Notes: generated from the sequence alone by a model not told the origin. Counted from the first letter of the stretch, positions 20,133 to 30,079 are shown. The stretch is DNA of 64,000 nt from an uncultured Chloroflexia bacterium (GCA_963825525.1 CAWGTN010000002.1:1760001-1824000); one strand, 5' to 3'. Numbers and translations are program-made.

Positions 20133-20564
20133 TCAGAACGAGGCCGGGCGGAAGCGGCTGGGGACGAGGGGCGCGACCGAACCGAGCGCACTGCGGATGA
20201 ACCCGGCTGGGCTTCCGTAAACGCGCACGATGTCGATGACGAGCGCCGCGACCAGGGCTGCCTCGATGCCCTTGGCGATCCAACCCAGGGTGAAGTACGG
20301 GCCCATGACGAGATAGCCCACGATCGTGATCCCGGTGTAGCCGATCAGCGCCAGTCGCGGGAACCAGTCGAAGCGGCGGACAATGGCGATCGGCGCGGCA
20401 GCACCGATGACGAACAGGCCCGCCAGGCCGAGATAGCCGAGGCCGTTGAGGGTGAAGAGCAGGCCGCCAAGGCCAAGGTGAATGTAGGCCGTTGCGAGCG
20501 TCAGGGCCACGATGACCGTGGAGAGCAGTACGCCGGCCGCGCGGTTGCGCAGAAGCTGGGTCAC
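20133..20564 (-). CDS. Hypothetical 4-TM membrane protein
   Basis: GGGAGG SD before GTG; hydrophobic helices with TAYIHL, FTLNGLGY, KGIE. Confidence 0.7.
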   Translation of the reverse strand: MTQLLRNRAAGVLLSTVIVALTLATAYIHLGLGGLLFTLNGLGYLGLAGLFVIGAAAPIAIVRRFDWFPRLALIGYTGITIVGYLVMGPYFTLGWIAKGIEAALVAALVIDIVRVYGSPAGFIRSALGSVAPLVPSRFRPASF

Positions 20565-20703
20565 GAGCGAGATCCTCCCAAAAAGACATGTGGCGCCGGC
20601 TTCCCGGCGGGTGGTTTCGTAATCACAACTTTCCGGTTGAACCCCGGTCCGACGAATCGGACGGACGAAGCAGCAGCCGCACGGACATTCGGCGGACGCG
20701 GAC

Positions 20704-20719
20704 TGGGCCGGATGACGTA
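20704..20719 (-). promoter_or_regulatory. Operator-like site upstream of the kinase
   Basis: TACGTCATCCGGCCCA on the - strand; first 14 nt identical to the 12742 site. Confidence 0.55.
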
Positions 20720-20782
20720 GACGTTCCCGGGTGATCTCTCGGATGGCAGTCGAGGACCGATGGCGTATCCTCATCGCCGCCA

Positions 20783-23700
20783 ATGACCCGAGCACGCGCA
20801 CGCACCCGGCCCGCCAAGGCCAACCGGCCGCCGACTGAGCCCGCGGCCGGTCACTCGCTCCTGGGCCGCGCAGTCGAAGAGGCCGCCAGGCTCCTCGACG
20901 CCGACGGGGCCATGGTCTACCTGGTCGACCGGGACGCGAATCTCCTCAAGTTCGCGTGCGACGCCGGCATCCAGGACCCCGAGGCCAGGGAGCTGATCCG
21001 GACACTGTCGCTCCCGGTGGGCGTCGGCCTCTTCGGTCATGCCGTCTCGGCCGGGGAGGTCGTGGTCTCGGGCGACTACCGCCGGGATCGGCGATTCGAG
21101 CACTCGCCCGTCGCGGACCGGATCGTCATGACCGCCAACATGCGCTCCATGGCGGCCGCCCCCCTCGTGGCGGAGGGCGAGGTTCTCGGAGCACTCGGCG
21201 CGTACTCATCGCGCATCGACGATTTCAGCGAGGCGGAGGTTGCCCTCCTTCGGTCGCTTGCCGACCACGCCGCGGCCGCCATTGCCAACCAGCGGCTCAT
21301 CGAACGCCTGGCTCGCTCCCAGGACGAGCTTGCCCGCCGGGTCGAGGCCCAGCGCACGCTCGGCCAGATCTCGGCGCGCATCGCGCAGATCCGTGAGCCC
21401 CAGGAGATCCTGCAGCTGGTGGTCGAGTCCGCTCGACGGCTGATTCGCTCGGATGGCGCTCACCTCACGCTCATGCAACCCGATGGGCGTCACCTCCTTC
21501 CGACGGTCGTGGTGGGCGGCAACGCAGCGTGGAGCGAGATGTGGCTCTCCCAGCTCGAATTCCCGATCAATGGCGGGATCAACGGCCTGGCCGCCGGCCG
21601 CGGCGAAGTGGTGCACACCGAGGACTACCTGGTTGACCCGCGCATCCCGCACGCCGATGACGACCAGGCCGTGGCCGAGCGGCTCACCCTGCGAGGAATG
21701 GCGTCTGCGCCGCTGCGGGCACCGGGAGGCGAGGTCATCGGCACGCTGGCGGTCTCGTTCGCTGAGCCGCACAGCTTTGACGGTGATGAGCTGGACCTGC
21801 TTCAGGGCCTGGCCGACCAGGGCGCCATCGCGATCTCGAATACCCGGCTGACCGAGGAGCTCGAGCGCTCACGCGAGCAATACCGCTACCTGGTCGACGA
21901 GTCGGTCGACATCATGTGGTCGATCGACGCCGAGATGCGCTTCACATATATCAGCGACAGCGTCGAGCGCATGACCGGCTACCGCCCGGATGAGCTCATC
22001 GGGCAGCACGTCTCGATGGCCACCGCGCCCGAGTCGATGGATCTGGTGGCGAAGACCTTCTCCGAGATGCGGCAGCATCCGCACCGTGTCTATCGGCTCC
22101 GCATTCTGGAGCCGCGCAAGGACGGGTCGACGCTCCCGATCGAGATTCGCGGTACCGGCATCGTGGACGACGAGGGGACGCTCATCGGCGCCCATGGCAC
22201 GAACCGCGACATCACCGAGATCGCCCGACTCGAGCACGACCTCCGGGAACAGGCCGATGAGCTTGCGCATAGGGTCGAGGCGCAGCGAACCCTGGCCGAG
22301 ATGGCGGCACAGCTCACGTCGCTTCGCGACCCGTCCGCCGTCTTCGAGCAGACCCTGCGCGCAGCGGTGCGTCTTCTCAAGGGCGACGGGGGCCAGATCG
22401 GGCTGGTCACCCCGGGGGATGACGGCGTGCCGCGCTGGGGCGGCGGCCATTCGCTGGTCCATGACGAGCTCTCGCCGTTCACCGACGACGATCACACCCG
22501 CGCCGACGACGGGGTCTCGGGGCGTGCGATCAAGCTGGGCCGTGCGTCCTGGACCGACGACTACCTGCCCGACACGACGTTCACCCACGAGCCCGGGTCC
22601 GATCGGGTGGTGCGGGATCTCGGGATCCGCGCCGTGATCGCCGCGCCGCTACTGGCCGAGAACGGGCCGATCGGTGCCATCGGCGTGTACACCGAACGGC
22701 CGGGCACGTTCGACGCCGATGACGGCGAGCTGCTGAGCCTGCTCGCCGACCAGGCGGCCATCGTTCTCACCAACGCCCGTCTGAACGCCGAGGCGGAGAT
22801 CATCGCCGAACAGCTGGCGCGACGGGTCGAAGCGCAGCGCACCCTCGGGGACATCGCGGCCTCGATCACCTCGATCCGCGATCCGGCGACTGTGCTCAGC
22901 CGTGCCGTGTCCGAGGCCAAGCGCCTGCTCTCCGCCGAGCACGTCGTCATCCACCAGGTCCGTCCGGGGTCGCATGAGCTGACTGATTACCGGGAGGCAG
23001 TCGGCGCGGCGTCCGTTCGGCGCGCGCGCGATGGTTCCGCGCTGGGGATAGGACGGGGCGTTGCCGGCCAGGCGGTGCACGCCGGCCGCGTGGTACGCAC
23101 CGGCGACTACCTGGCCGATACCTCGTTCGAGCACGACGCCGACGCCGACGCCTGGATGGCGCGCAACGGATACCGAAGCCAGCTCAGTGCGCCGATGATC
23201 GGTGATTCGGGGCCGCTCGGCGCCATCAGCGCCTACTCCGCGCGCCTTGACGCTTTCGACGCCGATGACGGTGATCTTCTCGGAGCTCTTGCCAGCCACG
23301 CGGCCATCGTCCTCGGCAATGCCCGACTCTACGAGGAGCTCGAGCTGCGGGTGGAGGCGCAACGCACCCTCGCCGAGATCGCCGCCCAGATCACCTCACT
23401 CCACGATCCGCAGACGGTCATCCAGCGCGCGGTCAGCGACGCGGCTCGCCTCCTCGGGGCCGACCGAGCCCAGGTCAACCTGGCCGCGGACGACGGGCTG
23501 CACCTCGATCCGCCGATCGCGGCGGCACCAGACGAACCGACGCCCGACGACGTCCGCGTGCCCATCGGCTCCGGGATTGCCGGCATGGCCGCCGCCGAGC
23601 GACGGGTTCGCTGGACGGGCGACTACCTCGAGGACGACGCGTTCCCCCACGACGAGGGGGATGCCCGGATCGCGGCCCAGCAGGTGCACTCGATGATGTC

Positions 23701-24877
23701 CGCGCCACTGCTCGGCCCGGACCGCCTGATCGGGACGATCACGGTCCAATCCGCCGCCCCCGACGCCTTCGGAGCTCAGGACGCGGAGCTGCTCGCCGTC
23801 CTCGCCGACCAGGCAGCCATCGCGATCACCAATGCTCGGCTGTACGCAGAGGTCGAGGAGTCGGAGCGCCGGTACCGGCACCTGGTCGATAACTCACCGG
23901 ACATCGTGTGGAGCGTCGACGCATCCGGCCAGTTCACGTTCTTCAGCGATTCGCTCGAGGGGCGGACCGGCTGGAAGCCCGAGGACCTGCTTGGCAAGCC
24001 ATTCACATCGTTGGCGGCCGACGAAACGTTGGCGGCCGCGGCGGATGCATGGGAGCTGTTGAAGGCGGCGCCTGATCGCGAGCAGCGGCTGCGTCTCGAC
24101 CTGCCCCTGCCGGATGGGAGGATCAGCCAGGCCGAGGTGGCCATGACCGGCACCATCGTGGACGGCCGATTCGCGGGAGCGCACGGTTCGGTGCGTGATA
24201 TCAGCGAGCGCGAGCGGCTGGAGGGTGATCTGCGGCGGCAGGCTGCTGAGCTGGCGGCCGGCCAGGAGCGCGCCCACCTCGCCCGGGAGCTGCATGACTC
24301 GGTGACGCAGGCGCTCTTCAGCATGGGCCTGACGTTGCGAACCCTCGAGCTCGTGATGGGGAATGATCCCAAGGCGGTACACGACAAGCTAGCCGAGCTG
24401 CGTGAGCTTCAGAAGGATGCCCTGGCCGAGATGCGCACGCTCATCTTCGAGCTGAGGCCGTCCAGCCTGGAGTCCGATGGCCTGGTTCAGGCGTTGCGCA
24501 CGCACGCGACCGCCGTTCAGCGCCGCACTGGACTGACGGTGGTGATCGATGCCGACGACATCCAGCGGCTGCCCCTCGCCGCCGAAGAGGCGCTGTACCG
24601 CATCGGGCAGGAGGCGCTGCACAACGTGGTGAAGCACGCCAACGCGTCGTCGGTGACCATGCAGATCTCAGCCGATGACCGAAGCGTGACGCTGCGCGTC
24701 ACCGACGACGGCGTCGGATTCGACCCTGGCGCCGTGCCGCGCGGCCACCTGGGTCTCATCGGCATGCGCCAGCGCGTGGACCTCGTCGGCGGTGAGCTGC
24801 TCGTCGAGAGCCGGCCCGGCAGGGGCACCGTGGTCGAGGCAAGCGCGCCGAGCGCCATCGAGGCATCGGCCGAATGA
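20783..24877 (+). CDS. Soluble sensor histidine kinase GAF-GAF-PAS-GAF-GAF-GAF-PAS-HisKA_3-HATPase
   Basis: Five GAF repeats, two PAS (YRxLVD..DI.WS.D), ERAHLARELHDSVTQ, QEALHNVVKHA, DDGVGFD, GLIGMRQR; no TM segments. Confidence 0.92.
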   Translation: MTRARARTRPAKANRPPTEPAAGHSLLGRAVEEAARLLDADGAMVYLVDRDANLLKFACDAGIQDPEARELIRTLSLPVGVGLFGHAVSAGEVVVSGDYRRDRRFEHSPVADRIVMTANMRSMAAAPLVAEGEVLGALGAYSSRIDDFSEAEVALLRSLADHAAAAIANQRLIERLARSQDELARRVEAQRTLGQISARIAQIREPQEILQLVVESARRLIRSDGAHLTLMQPDGRHLLPTVVVGGNAAWSEMWLSQLEFPINGGINGLAAGRGEVVHTEDYLVDPRIPHADDDQAVAERLTLRGMASAPLRAPGGEVIGTLAVSFAEPHSFDGDELDLLQGLADQGAIAISNTRLTEELERSREQYRYLVDESVDIMWSIDAEMRFTYISDSVERMTGYRPDELIGQHVSMATAPESMDLVAKTFSEMRQHPHRVYRLRILEPRKDGSTLPIEIRGTGIVDDEGTLIGAHGTNRDITEIARLEHDLREQADELAHRVEAQRTLAEMAAQLTSLRDPSAVFEQTLRAAVRLLKGDGGQIGLVTPGDDGVPRWGGGHSLVHDELSPFTDDDHTRADDGVSGRAIKLGRASWTDDYLPDTTFTHEPGSDRVVRDLGIRAVIAAPLLAENGPIGAIGVYTERPGTFDADDGELLSLLADQAAIVLTNARLNAEAEIIAEQLARRVEAQRTLGDIAASITSIRDPATVLSRAVSEAKRLLSAEHVVIHQVRPGSHELTDYREAVGAASVRRARDGSALGIGRGVAGQAVHAGRVVRTGDYLADTSFEHDADADAWMARNGYRSQLSAPMIGDSGPLGAISAYSARLDAFDADDGDLLGALASHAAIVLGNARLYEELELRVEAQRTLAEIAAQITSLHDPQTVIQRAVSDAARLLGADRAQVNLAADDGLHLDPPIAAAPDEPTPDDVRVPIGSGIAGMAAAERRVRWTGDYLEDDAFPHDEGDARIAAQQVHSMMSAPLLGPDRLIGTITVQSAAPDAFGAQDAELLAVLADQAAIAITNARLYAEVEESERRYRHLVDNSPDIVWSVDASGQFTFFSDSLEGRTGWKPEDLLGKPFTSLAADETLAAAADAWELLKAAPDREQRLRLDLPLPDGRISQAEVAMTGTIVDGRFAGAHGSVRDISERERLEGDLRRQAAELAAGQERAHLARELHDSVTQALFSMGLTLRTLELVMGNDPKAVHDKLAELRELQKDALAEMRTLIFELRPSSLESDGLVQALRTHATAVQRRTGLTVVIDADDIQRLPLAAEEALYRIGQEALHNVVKHANASSVTMQISADDRSVTLRVTDDGVGFDPGAVPRGHLGLIGMRQRVDLVGGELLVESRPGRGTVVEASAPSAIEASAE

Positions 24878-24881
24878 CGTA
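24866..24881 (-). promoter_or_regulatory. Operator-like site overlapping the kinase stop codon
   Basis: TACGTCATTCGGCCGA on the - strand, 45 nt upstream of the TAGGCT -10 of the REC gene. Confidence 0.5.
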
Positions 24882-24938
24882 CCGCACCCGAGCCGCACGC
24901 CCCTATCCGAGCGAGCTCCCGATCGATAGGCTCGTGAC

Positions 24939-25322
24939 ATGTCGTTGCGAACCGTGCACCAGGCCACTCCGCGAGTGGTCATCGTCGACGCCGATCGGCG
25001 CGTGCAGTCGAGCCTGACCGACCTGCTCGCCGTGACCGAGCGGGTCTCGGTGGTCGGCAGCGCCGGCGACGTGAGGATGGCGCTCGAGCTGGTGGAACGG
25101 GAACGGCCGGATGCCGTCCTGGTCGATGCCCGCCTGCCCGACATCGAGGCCGGCGAGGCGTTCATCGCCGGCATGCGCCGCGCGTGGCCCGGGATCCGCA
25201 TCGTGAGAACGGGCTGGTCCGACGTCGAAGGGCACGGATCTCCAGGCTGCGACGATCCCTACGTGAGCAAGGCCGGAACTCCAGAGGAGTTTGTGGCCGC
25301 CATCGCCGACGCCTGCTGCTGA
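24939..25322 (+). CDS. Single-domain response regulator (NarL-like REC, atypical)
   Basis: RVVIVDAD, VLVDARLPD, YVSK. Confidence 0.75.
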   Translation: MSLRTVHQATPRVVIVDADRRVQSSLTDLLAVTERVSVVGSAGDVRMALELVERERPDAVLVDARLPDIEAGEAFIAGMRRAWPGIRIVRTGWSDVEGHGSPGCDDPYVSKAGTPEEFVAAIADACC

Positions 25323-25332
25323 GCTCGTCCGG

Positions 25333-26397
25333 CTAGAGGTTCATCTCTCGCCGTATGGCGTCCAGCTCGGGCGCGACGGGGGTCAGCGAGCCCTCCTCCG
25401 CCTGCACGGCATCAGGATCTTTCAGCCCGTGTCCGGTCAGCACGCAGACCACCGTTTCGGCCGCACCGATGCGACCCTCGCTGGCCATCCGGCGCACCCC
25501 GGCCACCCCGGCCGCCGAAGCGGGCTCGCAGAAGACGCCCTCCATTCGCACGATCATGGACTGTGCCTCCATGATCTCCTCGTCGCTGACGGCCTCGATC
25601 AGGCCGCCCGACTCGTCCCGTGCCGCCTCGGCCAGCTGCCACGACGCGGGGTTGCCGATGCGGATGGCCGTGGCGATCGTCTCCGGTGCCTCGACAGGGT
25701 GCCCGAGGACGATCGGGGCCGCACCCTCGGCCTGGAATCCCAGCATGCGCGGCAGGGAGTCGGGCGGCATGCGACCCGCATCGGCATAGGTGCGGAACCC
25801 TCGCCAGTAGGCCGTGATATTCCCGGCATTGCCGACCGGAAGGGCCAATGAGTCCGGTGGTCGGCCCAGCTCGTCAACGATCTCGAACGCGCCGGTCTGC
25901 TGGCCATCCAGCCGGTCGGGGTTGATGGAGTTGACCACGACGGCGACTCCCTCGTCGCCCAGCCGTCGGACGGCGTCCAGTGCCGCGTCGAAGTTCCCAT
26001 CGACCATGGTCAGGCGCGCTCCGGCGGCGAGGGCCTGGGCCAGCTTGCCGCGCGCGACCTTGCCGACGGGCAGGATGACGTGGCACGGCAATCCCGCGGC
26101 GGCGGCGTACGCAGCAGCCGATGCGCTCGTGTTGCCGGTGGACGCGCAGATCACGGCGCGTGCGCCTTCACCAACCGCCCGATTGACGGCGAGCACCATC
26201 CCGCGATCCTTGAACGAGCCGGTGGGATTCGTGCCCTCGAACTTCAGGTAGAGGTTCTGAAGGCCAAGCTCGGTTCCGAGCCGTCGCGCGCGGACGAGCG
26301 GCGTGCCGCCCTCGCCGAGGGTGATGGGAAATTCCTCCCCGGGGCGACCGATGAGATCGCGGTATCGCTCGAGGAGGGGCAGCACGGCGGGGGTCAC
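25333..26397 (-). CDS. thrC: Threonine synthase
   Basis: TLGEGGTPL, NPTGSFKDRG, CASTGNT, PVGNAGN, TAIRIGNP, TGHGLKD. Confidence 0.95.
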   Translation of the reverse strand: MTPAVLPLLERYRDLIGRPGEEFPITLGEGGTPLVRARRLGTELGLQNLYLKFEGTNPTGSFKDRGMVLAVNRAVGEGARAVICASTGNTSASAAAYAAAAGLPCHVILPVGKVARGKLAQALAAGARLTMVDGNFDAALDAVRRLGDEGVAVVVNSINPDRLDGQQTGAFEIVDELGRPPDSLALPVGNAGNITAYWRGFRTYADAGRMPPDSLPRMLGFQAEGAAPIVLGHPVEAPETIATAIRIGNPASWQLAEAARDESGGLIEAVSDEEIMEAQSMIVRMEGVFCEPASAAGVAGVRRMASEGRIGAAETVVCVLTGHGLKDPDAVQAEEGSLTPVAPELDAIRREMNL

Positions 26398-26431
26398 GCG
26401 CCGAAGTATATGGAACCGGTCCGGAGGCGGC

Positions 26432-29400
26432 TCAGTGCTCGGTCAGCGCCTCTCGAACGATCCGCTCCTGCTCGGCGACGTGTTCGGCCGGGTAGCCCTC
26501 GGCCGGCCGAGATCGCTCGGGGCGCGAGATGTCGCCGAGAGGAATCCGATACGGGACGAGGTGGCGGATCTTCGGCAGCACGAACTTGCGCGCTCCCATG
26601 TTGCGAGGCTCTTCCTGGACCCAGGCATAGGACTCGATGTTGGGATATCGGTCGAGGACGGCCTGGAGCTCGTCTGCGGGGAAGGGGTACAGCCGCTCGA
26701 CCCGGACGATGGCGACGTCGCCCGCGCGCTCCAGCTCGGGCGCGGCGGCCAGGTCGTAGTAGATCTTTCCGCTGCACAGGAGGACCCGACGCACCTCGGC
26801 CGCGGCCTTGGCCTCCGTGAATCGAGGATCGTCGAGAACCGCCGAGAAGCCTCCGCTCGATAGCTCCGACCCGCGGGACGCCGCCTGGGGCAGTCGCAGG
26901 AGCGACTTCGGGGTCATGACCACGAGCGGGCGGGCCTCGCGGTGGCGCGCCTGCCGCCGCAGGAGGTGAAAGTACTGGGCCGGCGTGGTCGGGTAGACGA
27001 CCCGGATGTTGCCCTCGGCGCCCAGCGCCAGGAAGCGTTCCAAACGTGCCGAGGAGTGCTCCGGTCCGGATCCCTCGTACCCATGCGGCAGCAGCAGCGT
27101 CAGGCGTGAGGTCAGCCGCCACTTCGCCAGGCCGGACACCAGGAACTGGTCGATGATGATCTCGGCGCCGTTCACGAAGTCGCCGTACTGCGCCTCCCAC
27201 AGCACGAGGGCATCGGGCGCCGTGACCGCGTAGCCGTATTCGAACCCGAGGGCCGCGTACTCCGACAGGGGTGAGTTGTGGAGCTCGAACGAGGCCTTCG
27301 CGCCGGCCAGGTGCTGGAGCGGCACGTGACGCAGGCCGGTCGTTGCGTCCCACAGCCCGGCGTGACGCTGGCTGAACGTGCCGCGCACCGTGTCCTGGCC
27401 GGTCAAGCGGATCGGGGTCCCCTCGAGCAGCAGCGATCCAAAGGCGAGAAGCTCGGCATGAGCCCAATCGACCTTCGGTTCGTCATCGTCGAAGGCAACG
27501 GCCCGACGCTGGAGTGGCTTGGCGAGCTTCGGATGGATCGTGAACTCGTCCGGCACGCTCGAAAGGGCAGCATTCAGGTCCCGCAGCCGAGCGGCACTCA
27601 CCGCGGTCTTGGGCTCGGTCACCTTGCCCTGGGGGATGGCCTCGGAGCCGCGGTCGAGCTCGCCTTCGCCTTCGCTCTCGTCCGACCCGTCACGCAGGGA
27701 CGCCTGGCGACCTGCCAGATCGCGATGCGCTTCCTTGATCTTCGCCTCGGCATCGGCGGCGGTGATCGCCCCGGCCTCGATGAGGTGGGTCTGGTAGCGC
27801 TCGCGGACTGACGGGTGATGCGTGATCTCGGCGTACATGGCGGGCTGCGAGTAGGCCGGCTCATCACCCTCGTTATGGCCATAGCGCCGATAGCCGACGA
27901 GATCGATCACCACGTCGTGGGCAAAGGCCTTGCGGTACATCATTGCGAGTCGCGCGGCGGCCAGGCAGGCCTCCGGATCGTCGGCGTTGACATGGATGAT
28001 CGGCGCGTCGAAGCCCTTGGCCAGGTCCGAGCTGTAGTCGGTGGAACGTGCCTCCCGCGGGCCGGTGGTGAAGCCGACCTGGTTGTTGGCGATGATGTGG
28101 ACGGTCCCGCCAGTCGAGTAGCCGTCGAGCCGCGCCATGTTGAAGGTCTCGGCCACGACGCCCTGCGCGGCGAACGCCGCGTCGCCGTGGATCAGGAGCG
28201 GGAGCGTCCCGGCCGGATCGGTGGTGGCGATGGGACCGCTGCGATCCGTCTGCTCCGCGCGAGTCCGGCCCTCGATGACCGGATCGACAGCCTCGAGATG
28301 GCTCGGGTTGGGCGAGAGCACGACCCGGACCTCCTCGTCCTCGGCGGTCAGGTACCCGCCCTCCGCGCCGAGGTGGTACTTCACATCGTCCAGCCCGCCC
28401 TTGGGAGCGGTGGCCGCGTTACCCCCTGTTCGGCCGGCCTCGAACTCGGCAAGGATCGCCTCGTACGAGACGCCCACGACATGTGCGAGGACGTTGAGGC
28501 GGCCGCGATGCGCCATGCCGATCATGACCTTGCGCGCTCCCTGGTCAGCGGCGTCGCCGAGGATCACGTCGAGCATCGGCACCATGGCGTCCAGGCCCTC
28601 GATGCTGAATCGCTTCTGTCCCAGGTAGGCCTTGTGCAGGAACCGCTCGAGCGTCTCGACGCTGACCAGGCGCTCCAGGAGCGCGACCTGGTCTTCGGCC
28701 TCGAGCGGCAGCCGATGCTCACCCGATTCGATCACGTGCCGGAGCCACACGCGCTCCTCGTGGGAGCCGATGTGCTCGACCTCGTAGGCGATGGTGCCGG
28801 TATAGGTCTCCTTGAGGTGCGGCAGGGCTTCGGCCAGGGTGGCGCCGGGGACGTAGATGCGCATGAGCTCCGCCGGGACGCTGGCCATGTTCTCGTCGGT
28901 CAGGCCCAACGGCGCCGGGTCGAGTGCCGGGTCGTTCGCCGGCTCGGCACCCAGCGGATCGAGGCGGGCGGCCATGTGGCCGAAGTGACGGTAGGCCTTG
29001 ACCAGGGCCATGCCCGCGGCGACCGCCTTGAGATGCTCGTACTCGTTGCCGCCGGATGCGGTGATCGGGGCCGTGACGGCCGGTGCGCCGGCCGCCTCGG
29101 CGGCGGAAGGCATCGGCTCGTCCGTCGTGACGTCCGCCGCTCGCGCGCCCATGCCACCGAAGATGTCGGCGTAGAAGCCGTCGTTGCCGGAGAGCAGCCC
29201 GTCCATGTGGCGCAGAAACATCCCGGACTCGGCGCCCTGGATGATGCGGTGGTCATAGGTGGAGGAGATGGTCATGCGGCGGTCGCCACCAACCGACTGG
29301 ATGGTGCCGGTGGCCACGATCGTGCCCTGGTTCGGCATCAGCCGCGGGACGCTGGCCGTCGTCCCGAGCGTGCCCGGGTTGGTGAGGGTCACGGTGGCGC

Positions 29401-30079
29401 CGGCGAAGTCATCGGGCGACAGCTTGTTGGTCCGCGCCTTCTCCACGATCTCCTCGTAGCGAGCGTGGAACGCGGCGAAGTCCATCTCGTCGGCAGCCCG
29501 GATGACGGGGACAACCAGGAAGCGCGATCCGTCGCGACGCTCGACGTCGACGGCCAGGCCCAGGTTGATGGTGCCCGGGTCGACGCGGTAGGCCTGGTCC
29601 TCGATCTCCGTGTAGTAGTGGCTCATGGACCGCATCTCGGCAGCGCTGCGCACGATTGCCCAGCCGATGAGGTGAGTGAAGCTCACCTTGCGTGGGGCGA
29701 TCTGGCCGTTCAGCTCTTTCCGGCGCGCCTCCAGCGTCGCGACGTCGACGTCACGGAAGCTCGTCGCGGTCGGGACGCCCAGGCTGGCCACCATGTTCTG
29801 CGCGAGCCGGGCGGCTGGTCCCTTGATCGGCGTTGCGCCGGCGGGGATGGGGGAGCGGTCGGCGCCTTCCTCGTCGGCGGCCGTGCCGTTCGTCGGCGGC
29901 GGCGGAGCGGCGACTGGCTCGAACCCGCCGGCTCCTGAGTCGAACAGCACCCGCCAGTCGGGATCGACGCTGGTCGGGTCGCTTCGATACCGCTCGTACA
30001 GGTCGGCAACGTACCCGGCGTTGACGAGGTTCAGCTCGTCGAGCGCCTCGGCGCCGGTCGTCGATTCGGGGTCGGACAT
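26432..30079 (-). CDS. kgd: Multidomain 2-oxoglutarate dehydrogenase E1 with fused acyltransferase (E2-like) domain, Kgd/OdhA type
   Basis: NAGYV..YERY...SVDPDW N-terminus; KVSFTHLI, TLTNPG, TYDHRIIQGA (E2-like); KRFSIEG, MAHRGRLN, HGDAAF, WEAQYGDF, HGYEG.GPEHSSAR (SucA). Confidence 0.93.
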   Translation of the reverse strand: MSDPESTTGAEALDELNLVNAGYVADLYERYRSDPTSVDPDWRVLFDSGAGGFEPVAAPPPPTNGTAADEEGADRSPIPAGATPIKGPAARLAQNMVASLGVPTATSFRDVDVATLEARRKELNGQIAPRKVSFTHLIGWAIVRSAAEMRSMSHYYTEIEDQAYRVDPGTINLGLAVDVERRDGSRFLVVPVIRAADEMDFAAFHARYEEIVEKARTNKLSPDDFAGATVTLTNPGTLGTTASVPRLMPNQGTIVATGTIQSVGGDRRMTISSTYDHRIIQGAESGMFLRHMDGLLSGNDGFYADIFGGMGARAADVTTDEPMPSAAEAAGAPAVTAPITASGGNEYEHLKAVAAGMALVKAYRHFGHMAARLDPLGAEPANDPALDPAPLGLTDENMASVPAELMRIYVPGATLAEALPHLKETYTGTIAYEVEHIGSHEERVWLRHVIESGEHRLPLEAEDQVALLERLVSVETLERFLHKAYLGQKRFSIEGLDAMVPMLDVILGDAADQGARKVMIGMAHRGRLNVLAHVVGVSYEAILAEFEAGRTGGNAATAPKGGLDDVKYHLGAEGGYLTAEDEEVRVVLSPNPSHLEAVDPVIEGRTRAEQTDRSGPIATTDPAGTLPLLIHGDAAFAAQGVVAETFNMARLDGYSTGGTVHIIANNQVGFTTGPREARSTDYSSDLAKGFDAPIIHVNADDPEACLAAARLAMMYRKAFAHDVVIDLVGYRRYGHNEGDEPAYSQPAMYAEITHHPSVRERYQTHLIEAGAITAADAEAKIKEAHRDLAGRQASLRDGSDESEGEGELDRGSEAIPQGKVTEPKTAVSAARLRDLNAALSSVPDEFTIHPKLAKPLQRRAVAFDDDEPKVDWAHAELLAFGSLLLEGTPIRLTGQDTVRGTFSQRHAGLWDATTGLRHVPLQHLAGAKASFELHNSPLSEYAALGFEYGYAVTAPDALVLWEAQYGDFVNGAEIIIDQFLVSGLAKWRLTSRLTLLLPHGYEGSGPEHSSARLERFLALGAEGNIRVVYPTTPAQYFHLLRRQARHREARPLVVMTPKSLLRLPQAASRGSELSSGGFSAVLDDPRFTEAKAAAEVRRVLLCSGKIYYDLAAAPELERAGDVAIVRVERLYPFPADELQAVLDRYPNIESYAWVQEEPRNMGARKFVLPKIRHLVPYRIPLGDISRPERSRPAEGYPAEHVAEQERIVREALTEH

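Noticed and set aside
8137-29938. Long antisense or alternate-frame ORFs (e.g. 8137-10173, 17976-20111, 27815-29938)
   Set aside because: Shadow ORFs of real genes, expected at high GC; no domain motifs.
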